Source: an uncultured Chloroflexia bacterium (GTDB lineage: Bacteria > Chloroflexota > Limnocylindria > QHBO01). From it: 64,000 bases of DNA. Made by a program: the position numbers and the translations under genes. Shown here in pieces: positions 19,860 to 30,061 of this stretch. The DNA lies in contig CAWHAZ010000005.1 in assembly GCA_963827475.1 (NCBI GenBank), positions 608,001-672,000 on the forward strand. The letters are read 5' to 3'. Below the pieces are notes generated by a model, which searched no databases, was not told where the DNA came from, and was given only the letters and a program-made list of their open reading frames with translations. The stretch's first letter is position 1. The number at the start of each line of letters is the position of its first letter.

Positions 19860-19912
19860 GCCGCGCCGCGGGCGTTTGCTAGACTCGGCCGGCCGCCGAG
19901 CACCCTTCCCCT

Positions 19913-19993
19913 GGGCGAGTGGCGGAACGGCAGACGCGCCAGCTTTAGGAGCTGGTGTCGCAAGACGTGCGAGTTCGAATCTCGCCTCGCCCA
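19913..19993 (+). tRNA. tRNA-Leu(TAG)
   Basis: GGGCGAG/CTCGCCC acceptor stem, GGCGGAACGGCAGACGC D arm, CCAGC-TTTAGGA-GCTGG anticodon arm, long variable arm, GTTCGAAT. Usual position upstream of tig. CCA not encoded. Confidence 0.95.
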
Positions 19994-20026
19994 CACCAGA
20001 GGTCTCCCGCCCATGATGCCGAGGAC

Positions 20027-21382
20027 ATGATCACCGTCGCCACGCGCCCCGAGCCGGGCTCGAAGGTGCGTCTCGAGATCGAGGTCCCGGCCGACGAGGT
20101 GAACCGCCACTTCGAGACGGCGTACCGCCATCTCGCGGCCCGGACCCGCGTTCCGGGATTTCGTCCCGGCAAGGCGCCGCGCAACGTCATCGAGCGCTAC
20201 GTCGGGCGCGAGGCGGTGCTGGCGGAGGCGGTCGAGCATCTCGTCGGCGAGGGCTACGACGCGGCCGTCGACCAGACCGATCTCATCCCCATCGATCAGC
20301 CCGAAGTGGAGATCGACGCGACGACCGTGCGCGAGGGCGACCCGGCCCGCTTCGCGGCGGTGGTGGCGGTTCGGCCGACGGTGACCCTCGGCGCCTACAC
20401 CGACTACCCGTTCAGCCTCGAGGTCCCCCCGGTCACCGACGAGGACGTCGAGACCGTGGTCGGCGAGCTGCAGGGCCAGCAGGCTACCCTGCGCCCGGTC
20501 GACGACCGCGGCGTCGAGAAGGGCGACCTGGCCGCGGTCTCGTTCCGGGGCACGATCGACGGCGAGCCCTTCGATGGCGGCACGGCCGACCGCCTGCCCC
20601 TGGTCGTGGGCGAGGACCGCATGATTCCGGGCTGGGAGGATCAGCTCATCGGTGTGCGGGTGGGCGAGTCGCGCGAGTTCGACCTGCCGTTCCCGGACGA
20701 CTATCGGGTCGAGACGCTGGCCGGCAAGACCGCACACTTCGAGGTGACGGTGGGAGACCTGCGCGAGCGGATCCTGCCCGAGCTGGACGACGCGTTCGCG
20801 GCCTCGGTCGGCGACGGGCAGACGATGGACGAGCTGCGCGCGGAGATCCGCGACGCCCTCGAGCGGCGAGCGGCGGCGGAGGGCCGGCACCAGCTCGGCG
20901 ACCGGATCATCGACTTCGCGACCGCCAACGCGACTGTCGAGCTGCCCGAGGTGATGATCGCGAACGAGGTCGCGATCATGCGCGACGAGCTGCGCTCGCG
21001 GCTGGCGGAGCAGCAGATCGGAATCGATCGGTACCTCGAGCTCGCTCGCCAGACCCCGGAGGAGCTCATGGCCGAGCTGCGCGAGCCGGCCAGCCAGCGG
21101 GTGAAGACCCTGCTCGTCCTGACTGCCATCGCCGAGCAGGAGGGGATCGACGCGTCCGATGCCGAGATCGACGCCGAGGTCGAGCGGCAGCTGGCGGCCT
21201 ATCCCGACGAGCCGCGCCTGCGCGAATACCTCACGTCCCGTCGCGGTCGGTCATACCTGCGGATGACGCTCCGGAACCGTACACTCGTCGACAGCCTCAT
21301 CAACCGGGCCGCCCCACCGGCAGACGGAGCCGAACCGGCTCCCGGCGAACCCGAGCCCGAACCCGAATCCAGCGCGGAGTGA
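20027..21382 (+). CDS. tig: Trigger factor
   Basis: [10 protein letters not shown] signature, [20 protein letters not shown]...LAGK. ATG at 20027. Confidence 0.95.
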   Translation: MITVATRPEPGSKVRLEIEVPADEVNRHFETAYRHLAARTRVPGFRPGKAPRNVIERYVGREAVLAEAVEHLVGEGYDAAVDQTDLIPIDQPEVEIDATTVREGDPARFAAVVAVRPTVTLGAYTDYPFSLEVPPVTDEDVETVVGELQGQQATLRPVDDRGVEKGDLAAVSFRGTIDGEPFDGGTADRLPLVVGEDRMIPGWEDQLIGVRVGESREFDLPFPDDYRVETLAGKTAHFEVTVGDLRERILPELDDAFAASVGDGQTMDELRAEIRDALERRAAAEGRHQLGDRIIDFATANATVELPEVMIANEVAIMRDELRSRLAEQQIGIDRYLELARQTPEELMAELREPASQRVKTLLVLTAIAEQEGIDASDAEIDAEVERQLAAYPDEPRLREYLTSRRGRSYLRMTLRNRTLVDSLINRAAPPADGAEPAPGEPEPEPESSAE

Positions 21383-22056
21383 ACCAGATGCTCGTCCCCA
21401 TGGTCATCGAGAGCAGCGCCCGTGGAGAGCGCGCCTTCGACATCTACTCGCGGCTGCTCAAGGAGCGGATCGTCTTCCTCGGCGAGCCGATCGAGGACCA
21501 CGTCGCCAACCTGATCATCGCCCAGCTCCTGTTCCTCGAGAGCGAGGACCAGGACAAGGACATCATGCTGTACATCAACTCGCCGGGCGGGATCGTGACC
21601 AGCGGGCTGGCCATCTACGACACGATGCAGTACCTCAAGGCCCCGGTCAGCACCATCTGCATCGGTCAGGCGGCGAGCATGGGAGCCGTCCTGCTGGCGG
21701 CCGGGGCCAAGGGCAAGCGCTTCGCATTGCCGAACTCGCGGATCATGCTGCACCAGGGATCGGGCGGCTTCCGGGGCAACACCCCGGACGTCGAGATCCA
21801 GGTCAAGGAGATGCTGACTCTCACCGACCGCCTGATGCGGATCCTCGGCGAGCACACCGGCCAAGACTTCGAGAAGGTGAAGAAGGACGCGGACCGCGAC
21901 TACTTCATGAGCTCCGAGGAGGCGAAGGCCTACGGCATCATCGACGCGGTGTTCGAGGGGGCGGGGGAGTCGCTGATCAGCATGAAGCAGGCGGCCGGGG
22001 GCACCGTGCCCACCGCCAAGGAAGCCGCCGCCGCGGACGCGCGCGCCAAGAAGTAG
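21379..22056 (+). CDS. clpP: ATP-dependent Clp protease proteolytic subunit
   Basis: [25 protein letters not shown] (Ser), MLHQ (His), DRDYFM (Asp). Confidence 0.97.
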   Translation: MNQMLVPMVIESSARGERAFDIYSRLLKERIVFLGEPIEDHVANLIIAQLLFLESEDQDKDIMLYINSPGGIVTSGLAIYDTMQYLKAPVSTICIGQAASMGAVLLAAGAKGKRFALPNSRIMLHQGSGGFRGNTPDVEIQVKEMLTLTDRLMRILGEHTGQDFEKVKKDADRDYFMSSEEAKAYGIIDAVFEGAGESLISMKQAAGGTVPTAKEAAAADARAKK

Positions 22057-22120
22057 CCCGGCCTCCGGACCATCGGTCGATGGCGGAATCTGATCGGGCC
22101 CGTGCTATCCTCGGCCGGCG

Positions 22121-23428
22121 ATGACGACCAAGACCAAGGCTCCATACCGCTGCTCGTTCTGCGGGAAGAGCCAGGAGCAGGTCCGCAAGCTGATCGCCGG
22201 CCAGGGCGTGTACATCTGCGACGAGTGCATCAACCTGTGCCAGGAGATCATCGACGAGGAGATGGCCGAGGCGCCTCGCGCCAGCCGGACCCCGCCGCCC
22301 CCGCTGCCCAGCCCGCGGAAGATCAAGGAAGCGCTGGACCAGTACGTCATCAGCCAGGACGCGGCCAAGAAGGTCCTGTCGGTGGCGGTCTACAACCATT
22401 ACAAGCGAGTCAACGCCGGGTCGGCGGTTGACGACGTCGAGCTGGGCAAGAGCAACGTCCTGCTGGTCGGGCCAACCGGCTCGGGCAAGACCCTCCTGGC
22501 CCAGACCCTGGCCCGGGTCCTCGACGTCCCGTTCTGCATCGCCGACGCCACCAGCCTGACCGAGGCCGGCTACGTCGGGGAGGACGTCGAGAACATCCTC
22601 CTCCGCCTCATCCAGGCCGCGGACTTCGACGTCCAGCGCGCGCAGCGGGGGATCGTGTACGTCGACGAGATCGACAAGATCGCGCGCAAGACCGACAACC
22701 CGTCGATCACCCGTGACGTGTCCGGCGAGGGCGTCCAGCAGGCCCTGCTGAAGATCCTCGAGGGGACGGTCGCCAACGTTCCGCCCCAGGGCGGCCGGAA
22801 GCATCCGCACCAGGACTTCATCCAGATCGACACCACGAACATCCTGTTCATCTGCGGCGGGGCGTTCGAGGGGTTGGAGCGGATCGTCGAGGAGCGGGTC
22901 GGCCGACGGGGGATCGGATTCGGCTCGGAAGCGCAGCGCGACCCCGACCAGCGGCGGCTGCTCCTCGAGCAGCTGATGCCCGACGACCTGCTGCGCTACG
23001 GGCTCATTCCCGAGTTCGTCGGCCGCATGCCGGTGGTCGTGAGCCTCTCCGCCCTGTCGCGCGACGACCTGGTCAAGGTCCTCACCGAGCCGAAGAACGC
23101 GGTCGTCAGGCAGTTCGCGAAGTTCCTGTCCCTCGACCGCGTCGAGCTGGTATTCACCGATGACGCGCTGGAGGCGACGGCCCGGATGGCCACCGAGCGC
23201 AAGACCGGCGCCCGCGCCCTGCGGACCATCGTCGAGGAGGCCCTGCTCGAGGTGATGTACGACATTCCCGAACGGACCGATGTGACCAAGGTCGTCATCA
23301 CCGCCGACACGATCGAGCATGGGCGACCGCCGATGCTCGTGACCGAGACCGATGACACCGCTCCGCGCCGCCGCGGCAGCCGCGCCCGCGAGGACTCCCC
23401 CCGCGAGGAGGTCCGCCTGACCGCCTGA
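22121..23428 (+). CDS. clpX: ATP-dependent Clp protease ATP-binding subunit
   Basis: CSFCGK...ICDEC zinc finger, [27 protein letters not shown] loop. Confidence 0.97.
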   Translation: MTTKTKAPYRCSFCGKSQEQVRKLIAGQGVYICDECINLCQEIIDEEMAEAPRASRTPPPPLPSPRKIKEALDQYVISQDAAKKVLSVAVYNHYKRVNAGSAVDDVELGKSNVLLVGPTGSGKTLLAQTLARVLDVPFCIADATSLTEAGYVGEDVENILLRLIQAADFDVQRAQRGIVYVDEIDKIARKTDNPSITRDVSGEGVQQALLKILEGTVANVPPQGGRKHPHQDFIQIDTTNILFICGGAFEGLERIVEERVGRRGIGFGSEAQRDPDQRRLLLEQLMPDDLLRYGLIPEFVGRMPVVVSLSALSRDDLVKVLTEPKNAVVRQFAKFLSLDRVELVFTDDALEATARMATERKTGARALRTIVEEALLEVMYDIPERTDVTKVVITADTIEHGRPPMLVTETDDTAPRRRGSRAREDSPREEVRLTA

Positions 23429-23519
23429 CCGATGTGGCCGCGCGGTGGTACCACCGTTCGGCCGGTCCGGTACGACCGGGCGGGCGGGTTTGGTCGGGTT
23501 AGGGGACTAGGATGCCCTC

Positions 23520-24707
23520 ATGCCGGGGATCGAGCCGGCCATGGGAGACAGGGTCATGACGGCAACTCAGGGGCGCCAGGGAATACTCGGTCGGTGGGGC
23601 GCCGAGGCGGAGCCGTCCAAGGAAGGGCAGCGAGCAGACGCGGACATGACTGAGTCAGTCGAAACCGGCGCGGCCGAGACGGCCGTCGACCCGGCTGCCG
23701 GCGTCGAGCCGTCGGATCAGTTCCTCAGTTCGCTCACCGCGGCCATGCGGCGGGTGGCCGATGATGCCCGCGAGACAAGCCTCGCTGACGCGCGGGCCGC
23801 CATCGCGGCCAAGATCGCCGCCATGCGGGCCACGGCCACGGCGCGCGCAGACGAGCTGCGCACCCGTGCCGAACAGGACGTGACCGGGATCGGGGACTGG
23901 TCGCGCGCCGAGATCGTGCGCATCGAGGCCGAAACCCAGCGCAAGGTCGAGCAGCGCCGGGCGCAGCTGGCCGAACAGCTCGACGAGCACGACCGCCGCT
24001 CATCGTCCGAGATCGCGGCCCTCGAGGCCCAGGTCGAGCAGTACGAGGGCGAGCTCGCCCTGTTCTTCGCCCAGCTGGGCGAGATCACTGATCCGGATAC
24101 CTTCATCTCGGCCGCGCGCCGGATGCCGCGTCTGCCGCAGGCCGATGTCGACGCCGATCGCCCGTCGGACGGCGAGGCGGCCGATGCGGCCGAGGCAGCC
24201 GCCGCCGAGGGGCACCAGGAGCGGATGCGCGACCTGGGCATCGATCGCAACGGTGACACCGATCTCGCGGAGAGCGAGGCGAACCCGACCAACGGCACCG
24301 GACCCGAGGCCGAAGCCGACGCTGCGGCCGGTGGCGCGCTCGCCGAGGCGGCCGTCGACGAGGCGCCGACCGCTGACGCGTCCCCGACCGAGGCCCCGCA
24401 GCGTGCTGCACCGGTCCCGGAGACCCCGTCGGTCCTCGGCGACGCGACCCTCGACACCAGCACGACGATCGCGGCCGTGGGCCTCGGCAGCTTCGGAGCG
24501 GTGACCACCTTCAAGACCGCCCTGGAGAAGGCCGACGGCGTGACCGCCGTGCGTCTCAGCCTCGGCTCCGGCGGGGAGTTCATGTACACCGTGACCCACC
24601 GTCCCGACCTCGACATCGGGGAGGTGGCGACCGCCGCCGTGCCCGGCGCCACCGTCCAGCGGGGCGCCGACGGCGTGGTCCAGCTGAGCGCCGGCAAGAA
24701 GCGCTGA
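23520..24707 (+). CDS. Hypothetical protein: long coiled coil, acidic linker, small C-terminal alpha/beta domain
   Basis: GC3-rich frame with an Ala/Glu/Arg heptad region. Start uncertain (23520, 23556 or 23647). Confidence 0.65.
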   Translation: MPGIEPAMGDRVMTATQGRQGILGRWGAEAEPSKEGQRADADMTESVETGAAETAVDPAAGVEPSDQFLSSLTAAMRRVADDARETSLADARAAIAAKIAAMRATATARADELRTRAEQDVTGIGDWSRAEIVRIEAETQRKVEQRRAQLAEQLDEHDRRSSSEIAALEAQVEQYEGELALFFAQLGEITDPDTFISAARRMPRLPQADVDADRPSDGEAADAAEAAAAEGHQERMRDLGIDRNGDTDLAESEANPTNGTGPEAEADAAAGGALAEAAVDEAPTADASPTEAPQRAAPVPETPSVLGDATLDTSTTIAAVGLGSFGAVTTFKTALEKADGVTAVRLSLGSGGEFMYTVTHRPDLDIGEVATAAVPGATVQRGADGVVQLSAGKKR

Positions 24708-24737
24708 GGCATCCGAGGGGGTAGACTCCGCCCATCG

Positions 24738-24951
24738 GCGCCGACCGTGAGGAGTAGCCCTCCACCGGCCGACAGAGACGCGGGTCCCGGCTGAGAGCCC
24801 GCTTCGGCACGCGAGGGCGAAGGTCGCACGGGAGCCGGTCGGGTTCCGCCCGATATCGCGGGAAGAGGGTGCCGGTGGTGAATGCCAACGGCGCCGAACG
24901 AAGGTGGTACCACGGGCCCGCTCGTCCTTCGACGAGCGGGCTGGTTGTTTG
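24738..24951 (+). promoter_or_regulatory. T-box riboswitch (Val specifier GUC) with terminator, upstream of valS
   Basis: AGTA(24753)/GAA(24819) loop E with a GCCCTC/GAGGGC helix, AGAGA bulge, GCTGAGA apical loop, specifier GTC 24823-24825, T-box AAGGTGGTACCACG 24901-24914. -10 TAGACT at 24722. Confidence 0.9.
24916..24951 (+). terminator. T-box attenuator terminator hairpin
   Basis: GCCCGCTCGTC-CTTC-GACGAGCGGGC followed by TGGTTGTTTG. Confidence 0.75.
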
Positions 24952-24969
24952 TCCGGAGGAATCGGTCAG

Positions 24970-27663
24970 ATGGCGGACGAGAGACCGGAGCTGACTTCGC
25001 GGTACACGCCCGGGTCGGTCGAGCCGCGGATCTACGAGCGCTGGCTCGAAAGCGGCGCGTTCACGCCGGCCGCCGATGCGCCGGCCGGTGCGGATCGGTT
25101 CGTGATCACCATGCCGCCGCCCAATGTCACTGGGTCGCTCCACACCGGCCACGCCCTGTTCGTGACGGCCGAGGACATCATCGTCCGCTACCACCGCATG
25201 CGTGGCGACGACACGCTCTGGGTGCCGGGCGTGGACCATGCCTCGATCGGGGCCCAGTTCGTGCTCGACAAGATGCTCGCCGCGGAGGGCCTCGACCGCG
25301 CCTCGCTCGGCCGGGAGGCGTACCTCGAGCGGATGTGGGCCTTCATGAACGAGACCCGAGAGCTCATCTCGCTCCAGCTGCGCCGGCTGGGCGCCAGCGC
25401 GGACTGGACGCGGAACCGGTTCACGATGGACGCCGGCAGTGCCCGGGCGGTGCGCGTCGCGTTCAAGCGGCTGTGGGACGCGGGCTACGTGTACCGGGGG
25501 GAGGCCCTGGTCAATTGGTGCCCGCGCTGCGGGACGACGATCAGCGACCTGGAAAACGTCCATCGCGACCAGGTCGGCACGCTGTGGACCATCCGCTACC
25601 ATCTCGCCGCACCGGATGGCACCGCTCAGCCGGACGCGTGGGTGGCGGTGGCCACCACCCGTCCCGAGACGCTGCTCGGCGACGTGGCGGTCGCGGTCCA
25701 CCCCGAGGACGACCGGTACCGCGACCTGGTCGGCCGGGAGGCGATCCTGCCCTTCCTCGGCCGCCGGCTGCCGGTCATCGCCGACGACGCGGTGGATCCG
25801 AGCTTTGGGACGGGGGCGGTCAAGATCACCCCGGCCCACGACCCGGATGACTACGAGACCGGCAAGCGGCATGGGCTGACGCCGATCTCGGTCCTCGACG
25901 AGGAGGCCCGGATCAACGAGGCGGGCGGAGAGTTCGCCGGGCTGGATCGGTTCGAGGCGCGCCGCCGGATCGTGGAGCGGCTCCGCGAGCTGGGCGACCT
26001 CGAATCGGAAGTGTCGCACCAGATGGTCGTTGGTCACTGCGAGCGGTGCGGAACGGTGGTCGAGCCGCGGCTCTCCGTGCAGTGGTTCATCCGGACCACG
26101 GACCTGGCTGCCCGGGCCCTGGCATCGGTCCGGGAGGGCCGAACCACGATCGTGCCTGCCCGCTTCGAGAAGGTGTACGCGCACTGGATGGAGAACATCC
26201 GCGACTGGGCGGTGGGCCGCCAGCTGTGGTGGGGCCATCGCATCCCGGCCTGGTTCTGCCCCGACGAGCACATCACCGTCAGCGACCAGCCCGAAGGTCC
26301 GGCGTCCTGCGCGACCTGCGGCCGTCCCGCCGCCGAGCTGGTCCAGGAGTCGGACATCTTCGACACCTGGTTCAGCAGCGGGCTGTGGCCCTTCTCCACG
26401 CTCGGCTGGCCCGACGACACCCCGGACCTGCGCCGGTTCTACCCGACCTCGGTCATGGAGACCGGCTACGACATCCTGTTCTTCTGGGTCGCCCGGATGA
26501 TGATGCTCGGCCTGTTCCTGACCGATGTCGAGCCGTTCCACACCGTGTACCTCCACGGCCTGGTCCGCGCCCAGGGCGGGGTCAAGATGAGCAAGACCAA
26601 GGGCAACGTCACCGATCCGGTCGAGCTCATCGACGAGATCGGGGCCGATGCGGTGCGCCTGGCACTGACCACCGGCACATCGCCGGGGGCGGACCAGCGG
26701 CTGACCATGGCCAAGCTCGATCGGTCGCGGAACTTCGCCAACAAGCTGTGGAACGCCGCGCGGTTCGTGATCGCCCGAGAGCCAACCGAGGGTGGGACCG
26801 GCGGGTCGGAAGACTCCGCCGGTTCCGAAACGCTGCCCGAGCAATGGATCCGCTCCCGCCTGGCGGCCACCATCGCGGACGCCACCCGACGGCTCGACCG
26901 CCTCGACCTGGGTGGGTACGCCGGGCTGGTGATGGAGTTCGCGTGGAGCGACCTGTGCGACTGGTATCTCGAGATGGCGAAGATCGAGCTCCGAGACCCG
27001 GAGCGGGCGGCAGGGGCTCGACGGGTGTGGCAGACCGGGCTCGAGGTCCTCACCGACACGATGCGCCTCCTCCACCCGGTCATGCCGTTCGTGACCGAGG
27101 AGATCTGGGCCGCGCTGCCGGCGGCCGGACCGCGAGACCAGAACGCCGACGAGCGGCCGCTGCTCATCAGCGCCCCATGGCCGGTTGCCGGGACCCGGGA
27201 CCGGGGGGCCGAGGCGGCGTTCGACGCCCTGGCCGAGGTCATCCGCGCGGCCAGGAACCTGCGGACGGAGGCCGGCCTGCCGGCCGCGAAGACGGTCAGC
27301 CTCCACATCGCGCCGTCGAGCGCGGACGCCGCGACCGCGATCGAGGCCGGGCGGAGATACCTGGAGCCGCTCGCTCGGGTCCGGTCCGAGATCGCGGCAT
27401 CCGGCGCCATGGCCCCAACCGGGGCGACCGCGACCGCCCTCGGCGCCATCTGGCTGGGCGCGGAGGCTGCGGCCGATCCCGTCCCCGGGCACCGGGACCG
27501 GATCGAGGAGCTCCGCCGCAACCGGGACCGGGTGCAGGCGCTGCTTGCCGACCCGGCGTTCACCGGACGAGCTCCGGAGGCCGTGGTGCAGCGCGAGCGG
27601 GATCGGCTGGCGGACATCGAGGAGCGGCTCCGCCAAGTCGGTGATTCGGTGGGGCCGGGGTAG
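24970..27663 (+). CDS. valS: Valine--tRNA ligase
   Basis: PPPNVTGSLHTGH, DHASI, TTRPET, GTGAVKITPAHD, RQLWWGHRIP, DTWFSS, KMSKT. GGAGG RBS before ATG 24970. Confidence 0.97.
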   Translation: MADERPELTSRYTPGSVEPRIYERWLESGAFTPAADAPAGADRFVITMPPPNVTGSLHTGHALFVTAEDIIVRYHRMRGDDTLWVPGVDHASIGAQFVLDKMLAAEGLDRASLGREAYLERMWAFMNETRELISLQLRRLGASADWTRNRFTMDAGSARAVRVAFKRLWDAGYVYRGEALVNWCPRCGTTISDLENVHRDQVGTLWTIRYHLAAPDGTAQPDAWVAVATTRPETLLGDVAVAVHPEDDRYRDLVGREAILPFLGRRLPVIADDAVDPSFGTGAVKITPAHDPDDYETGKRHGLTPISVLDEEARINEAGGEFAGLDRFEARRRIVERLRELGDLESEVSHQMVVGHCERCGTVVEPRLSVQWFIRTTDLAARALASVREGRTTIVPARFEKVYAHWMENIRDWAVGRQLWWGHRIPAWFCPDEHITVSDQPEGPASCATCGRPAAELVQESDIFDTWFSSGLWPFSTLGWPDDTPDLRRFYPTSVMETGYDILFFWVARMMMLGLFLTDVEPFHTVYLHGLVRAQGGVKMSKTKGNVTDPVELIDEIGADAVRLALTTGTSPGADQRLTMAKLDRSRNFANKLWNAARFVIAREPTEGGTGGSEDSAGSETLPEQWIRSRLAATIADATRRLDRLDLGGYAGLVMEFAWSDLCDWYLEMAKIELRDPERAAGARRVWQTGLEVLTDTMRLLHPVMPFVTEEIWAALPAAGPRDQNADERPLLISAPWPVAGTRDRGAEAAFDALAEVIRAARNLRTEAGLPAAKTVSLHIAPSSADAATAIEAGRRYLEPLARVRSEIAASGAMAPTGATATALGAIWLGAEAAADPVPGHRDRIEELRRNRDRVQALLADPAFTGRAPEAVVQRERDRLADIEERLRQVGDSVGPG

Positions 27664-27673
27664 AATCGCCGCC

Positions 27674-28399
27674 GTGGGATTCTTTCGCCGTCGCAAGCCA
27701 GATGAGGCGCCCGAGCCGGCTCCCGAGGCGAGTTTCGCCGCGGTCGTTGGCCGCCAGTACGCGCTGAACCTGGCCTACCTCGCCCGGAGTGGGGACGCGA
27801 TTCGCCTCTCCCCTGGGCCGGACGTCCTCACCAGCCTGCCGCGGATCGTGGAGCCATTGACCCTGGACGGCGTCGAGGTCGTCTCCCCGCTGCCCCTCGA
27901 GCTCGCCTCCGCCACACCGGCCATCGAGCGGATCAATGACCTCGAGCAGTGGATCCTCGCCCGACGTCATGCCAGCCCGGTGACCCGACACGCGCTCCAC
28001 GTCCTCGAGCAGACCGAAGCGATCGACATGACCATCGACACCCTCATCTGCGGCCTGCTCCACGGCGAGACCGATACGACCGGCTATCCGACCTTCGATG
28101 CCATCAGCGGCGGCCTGGCAAGCCACTTCGACGACCTCACCGGCGAGCTCATCGTGCGGGCCGTGGTCGGCTGGGGCGGCAAGGGCCAGCGCGGGGACAC
28201 CGAGCGCATCGGTACCAAGCTCGTCAGCAACCTCCAGCAGCAGATCATGGCGTCCGGGCTCCGGGTTGGCGCTGCTGACGCCCCGGTTCGCGGTCACGGG
28301 GGCGAGGGGCGGGTCTGCGGCCATTGCGGCTTCGACTCGACCGGCACCGGCGCGTTCTACTGTCCCAAGTGCGGGATGCGGCTCGGCGGAACGGCGTAG
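27674..28399 (+). CDS. Hypothetical protein with C-terminal zinc ribbon
   Basis: GTG start (MGFFRRRK) after TAGAAT; CGHCG...FYCPKCG. Confidence 0.7.
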   Translation: MGFFRRRKPDEAPEPAPEASFAAVVGRQYALNLAYLARSGDAIRLSPGPDVLTSLPRIVEPLTLDGVEVVSPLPLELASATPAIERINDLEQWILARRHASPVTRHALHVLEQTEAIDMTIDTLICGLLHGETDTTGYPTFDAISGGLASHFDDLTGELIVRAVVGWGGKGQRGDTERIGTKLVSNLQQQIMASGLRVGAADAPVRGHGGEGRVCGHCGFDSTGTGAFYCPKCGMRLGGTA

Positions 28400-28481
28400 C
28401 TATCGGTACATTCGTCCCATTGTCCGTTAGCCCCCACGGCATGGAGACTGGTGCCCCGAGTCACCGCATCAAAGGGCACCC

Positions 28482-29711
28482 ATGGAACGACCCCGAGTTC
28501 TGCTTGCCGCACATGACGATGCCGAACCGATCGCCCACGCCCTGGCACGGGCGGGCTTCGAGGTCATCGGCAGTGAAGAGGCGTTCGAGGCCATCCTCAT
28601 CGAGGGCCACAAGCCCGACATGGCGGTCATCGACGCCGACCTGGCGCAGAGCACCGTCCGGCGGGTCCACCGCCGGCTGAACGAGAACGGACCCGTTCCC
28701 GCCCTCATTCTTCTCGGCGACGAGAACGGGGACCTCGACGACGTGTGGCAGGTGAGCGACGAGTTCGTCGTCAAGCCGGCCCTTCCCGACGCACTCGTGT
28801 ACCGGCTGCAGGCGCTCCTCATCCGGTCTGGCGCGACGAACGCGCCGCCGCCGACGGTCGAGGAGGAGGCCCCGGTCATGATCGGCGCCCACGATCCGAC
28901 CCGGGCCCGAGTGGTAGCGGTCTTCGCGCCGAAGGGCGGCGTGGGCAAGACGACCGTGGCCGTGAACCTGGCGGTCGCGCTGAAGCTCCAGACCCGTCAA
29001 TCGGTCCTGCTGCTCGACGCCGATGCCGGCGTGGGCAACGTGACCGCGGTCATCGACGTGCCGGCACGGCGCGGCCTGGCCGACATCGCGGACAGCCCGC
29101 CCGAGCACTGGGATGACGAGGCTTTCCGGGCGATGGTGGTGACGCACGAGGACAGTGCCCTGGACGTGCTGACCTGGGGATTCGAGCCGGGAGACGCGGA
29201 GCGGATCGGGCCGGACCTGCTGATTGCCGCGGTCCGCTGGGCGCGCCAGCACTACGACATCATCATCGTCGATACCCATCCGGGCTACGACGACCGCACG
29301 GTCGCCATGCTGTCGATCGCCAACGAGATCCTGCTCACCGTCACCCCCGAGGTCGGGCCGCTGCGGAACAGCGCCCAGTTCCTCCACCTGGCGCACGAGC
29401 TGGGCATCGACGACACGATCCGGGTGGTGGCCAACCGCTCGAACCATGGGGTGGCCATCCGCGACATGGAGAGCGCGCTCGGGCGGCCGGTGATCGCGAC
29501 CATCGTGTCCGCGGGCGCCACCGCGGTCATGGCCGCCAACTCGGGCACGCCGCTCATCCTTCGCTTCCCGAAAGAGCGGATCACCGCCGACATCTATCGC
29601 CTCGCCCGGGTCGTGGCCGGCACCGAGGAGCCGCGGGGCGTCGCCCAGACCGAGCGACGTCGCTGGTCGTTCGCCACCCTGCTGCGAGCCGGAGACGCGG
29701 CCCCCAACTGA
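28482..29711 (+). CDS. Receiver + MinD/ParA ATPase, CpaE/TadZ-like
   Basis: REC-like PDMAVIDADL...FVVKP; deviant Walker A PKGGVGKTT, LLDAD, IIVDT, VANR. Confidence 0.85.
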   Translation: MERPRVLLAAHDDAEPIAHALARAGFEVIGSEEAFEAILIEGHKPDMAVIDADLAQSTVRRVHRRLNENGPVPALILLGDENGDLDDVWQVSDEFVVKPALPDALVYRLQALLIRSGATNAPPPTVEEEAPVMIGAHDPTRARVVAVFAPKGGVGKTTVAVNLAVALKLQTRQSVLLLDADAGVGNVTAVIDVPARRGLADIADSPPEHWDDEAFRAMVVTHEDSALDVLTWGFEPGDAERIGPDLLIAAVRWARQHYDIIIVDTHPGYDDRTVAMLSIANEILLTVTPEVGPLRNSAQFLHLAHELGIDDTIRVVANRSNHGVAIRDMESALGRPVIATIVSAGATAVMAANSGTPLILRFPKERITADIYRLARVVAGTEEPRGVAQTERRRWSFATLLRAGDAAPN

Positions 29712-29752
29712 GCGTTGCCCTCGCAGGAGCGTCCTGCGATCATCCGGCGACC

Positions 29753-30061
29753 GTGCCGACCTACGACTACCGCTGCCGCGAGTGCGGCCACACCATCGAG
29801 ATCATGCACTCGATCCTCGACGACGGCCCGGATGCCTGCGAGCGGTGTCGGGGACCGGTGGACCGGGTCCTGCACGCGGCCGGGCTGATCTTCCGGGGGA
29901 GTGGGTTCTACGTCACCGATTCTCGACGGTCGAGCGGGAGCTCCGAGGCGTCGGGTGATGGCGGGGGTGGATCGGACGGACCCCCGAAGACGAGCCCGAA
30001 GGCCGCGGACTCGAGCGCACCGAAGGAGACGAGCGGCGGATCCGGCAGCGGATCCGACTGA
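29753..30061 (+). CDS. FmdB family zinc ribbon protein
   Basis: MPTYDYRCRECG...CERC...IFRGSGFYVTDSR. Confidence 0.9.
   Translation: MPTYDYRCRECGHTIEIMHSILDDGPDACERCRGPVDRVLHAAGLIFRGSGFYVTDSRRSSGSSEASGDGGGGSDGPPKTSPKAADSSAPKETSGGSGSGSD

Noticed and set aside
23443-23456. Second T-box
   Set aside because: It matches GGTGGTACCAC but lies 15 nt after the clpX stop, with no stem I, specifier or terminator, and no amino-acid gene follows.
12997-27696. Very long alternative-frame and antisense ORFs (e.g. 12997..16512, 24580..27696, 10166..12658)
   Set aside because: These are shadow ORFs expected in high-GC DNA. They overlap well-supported genes and show Arg/Pro/Gly-rich or antisense-pattern composition with no motifs.
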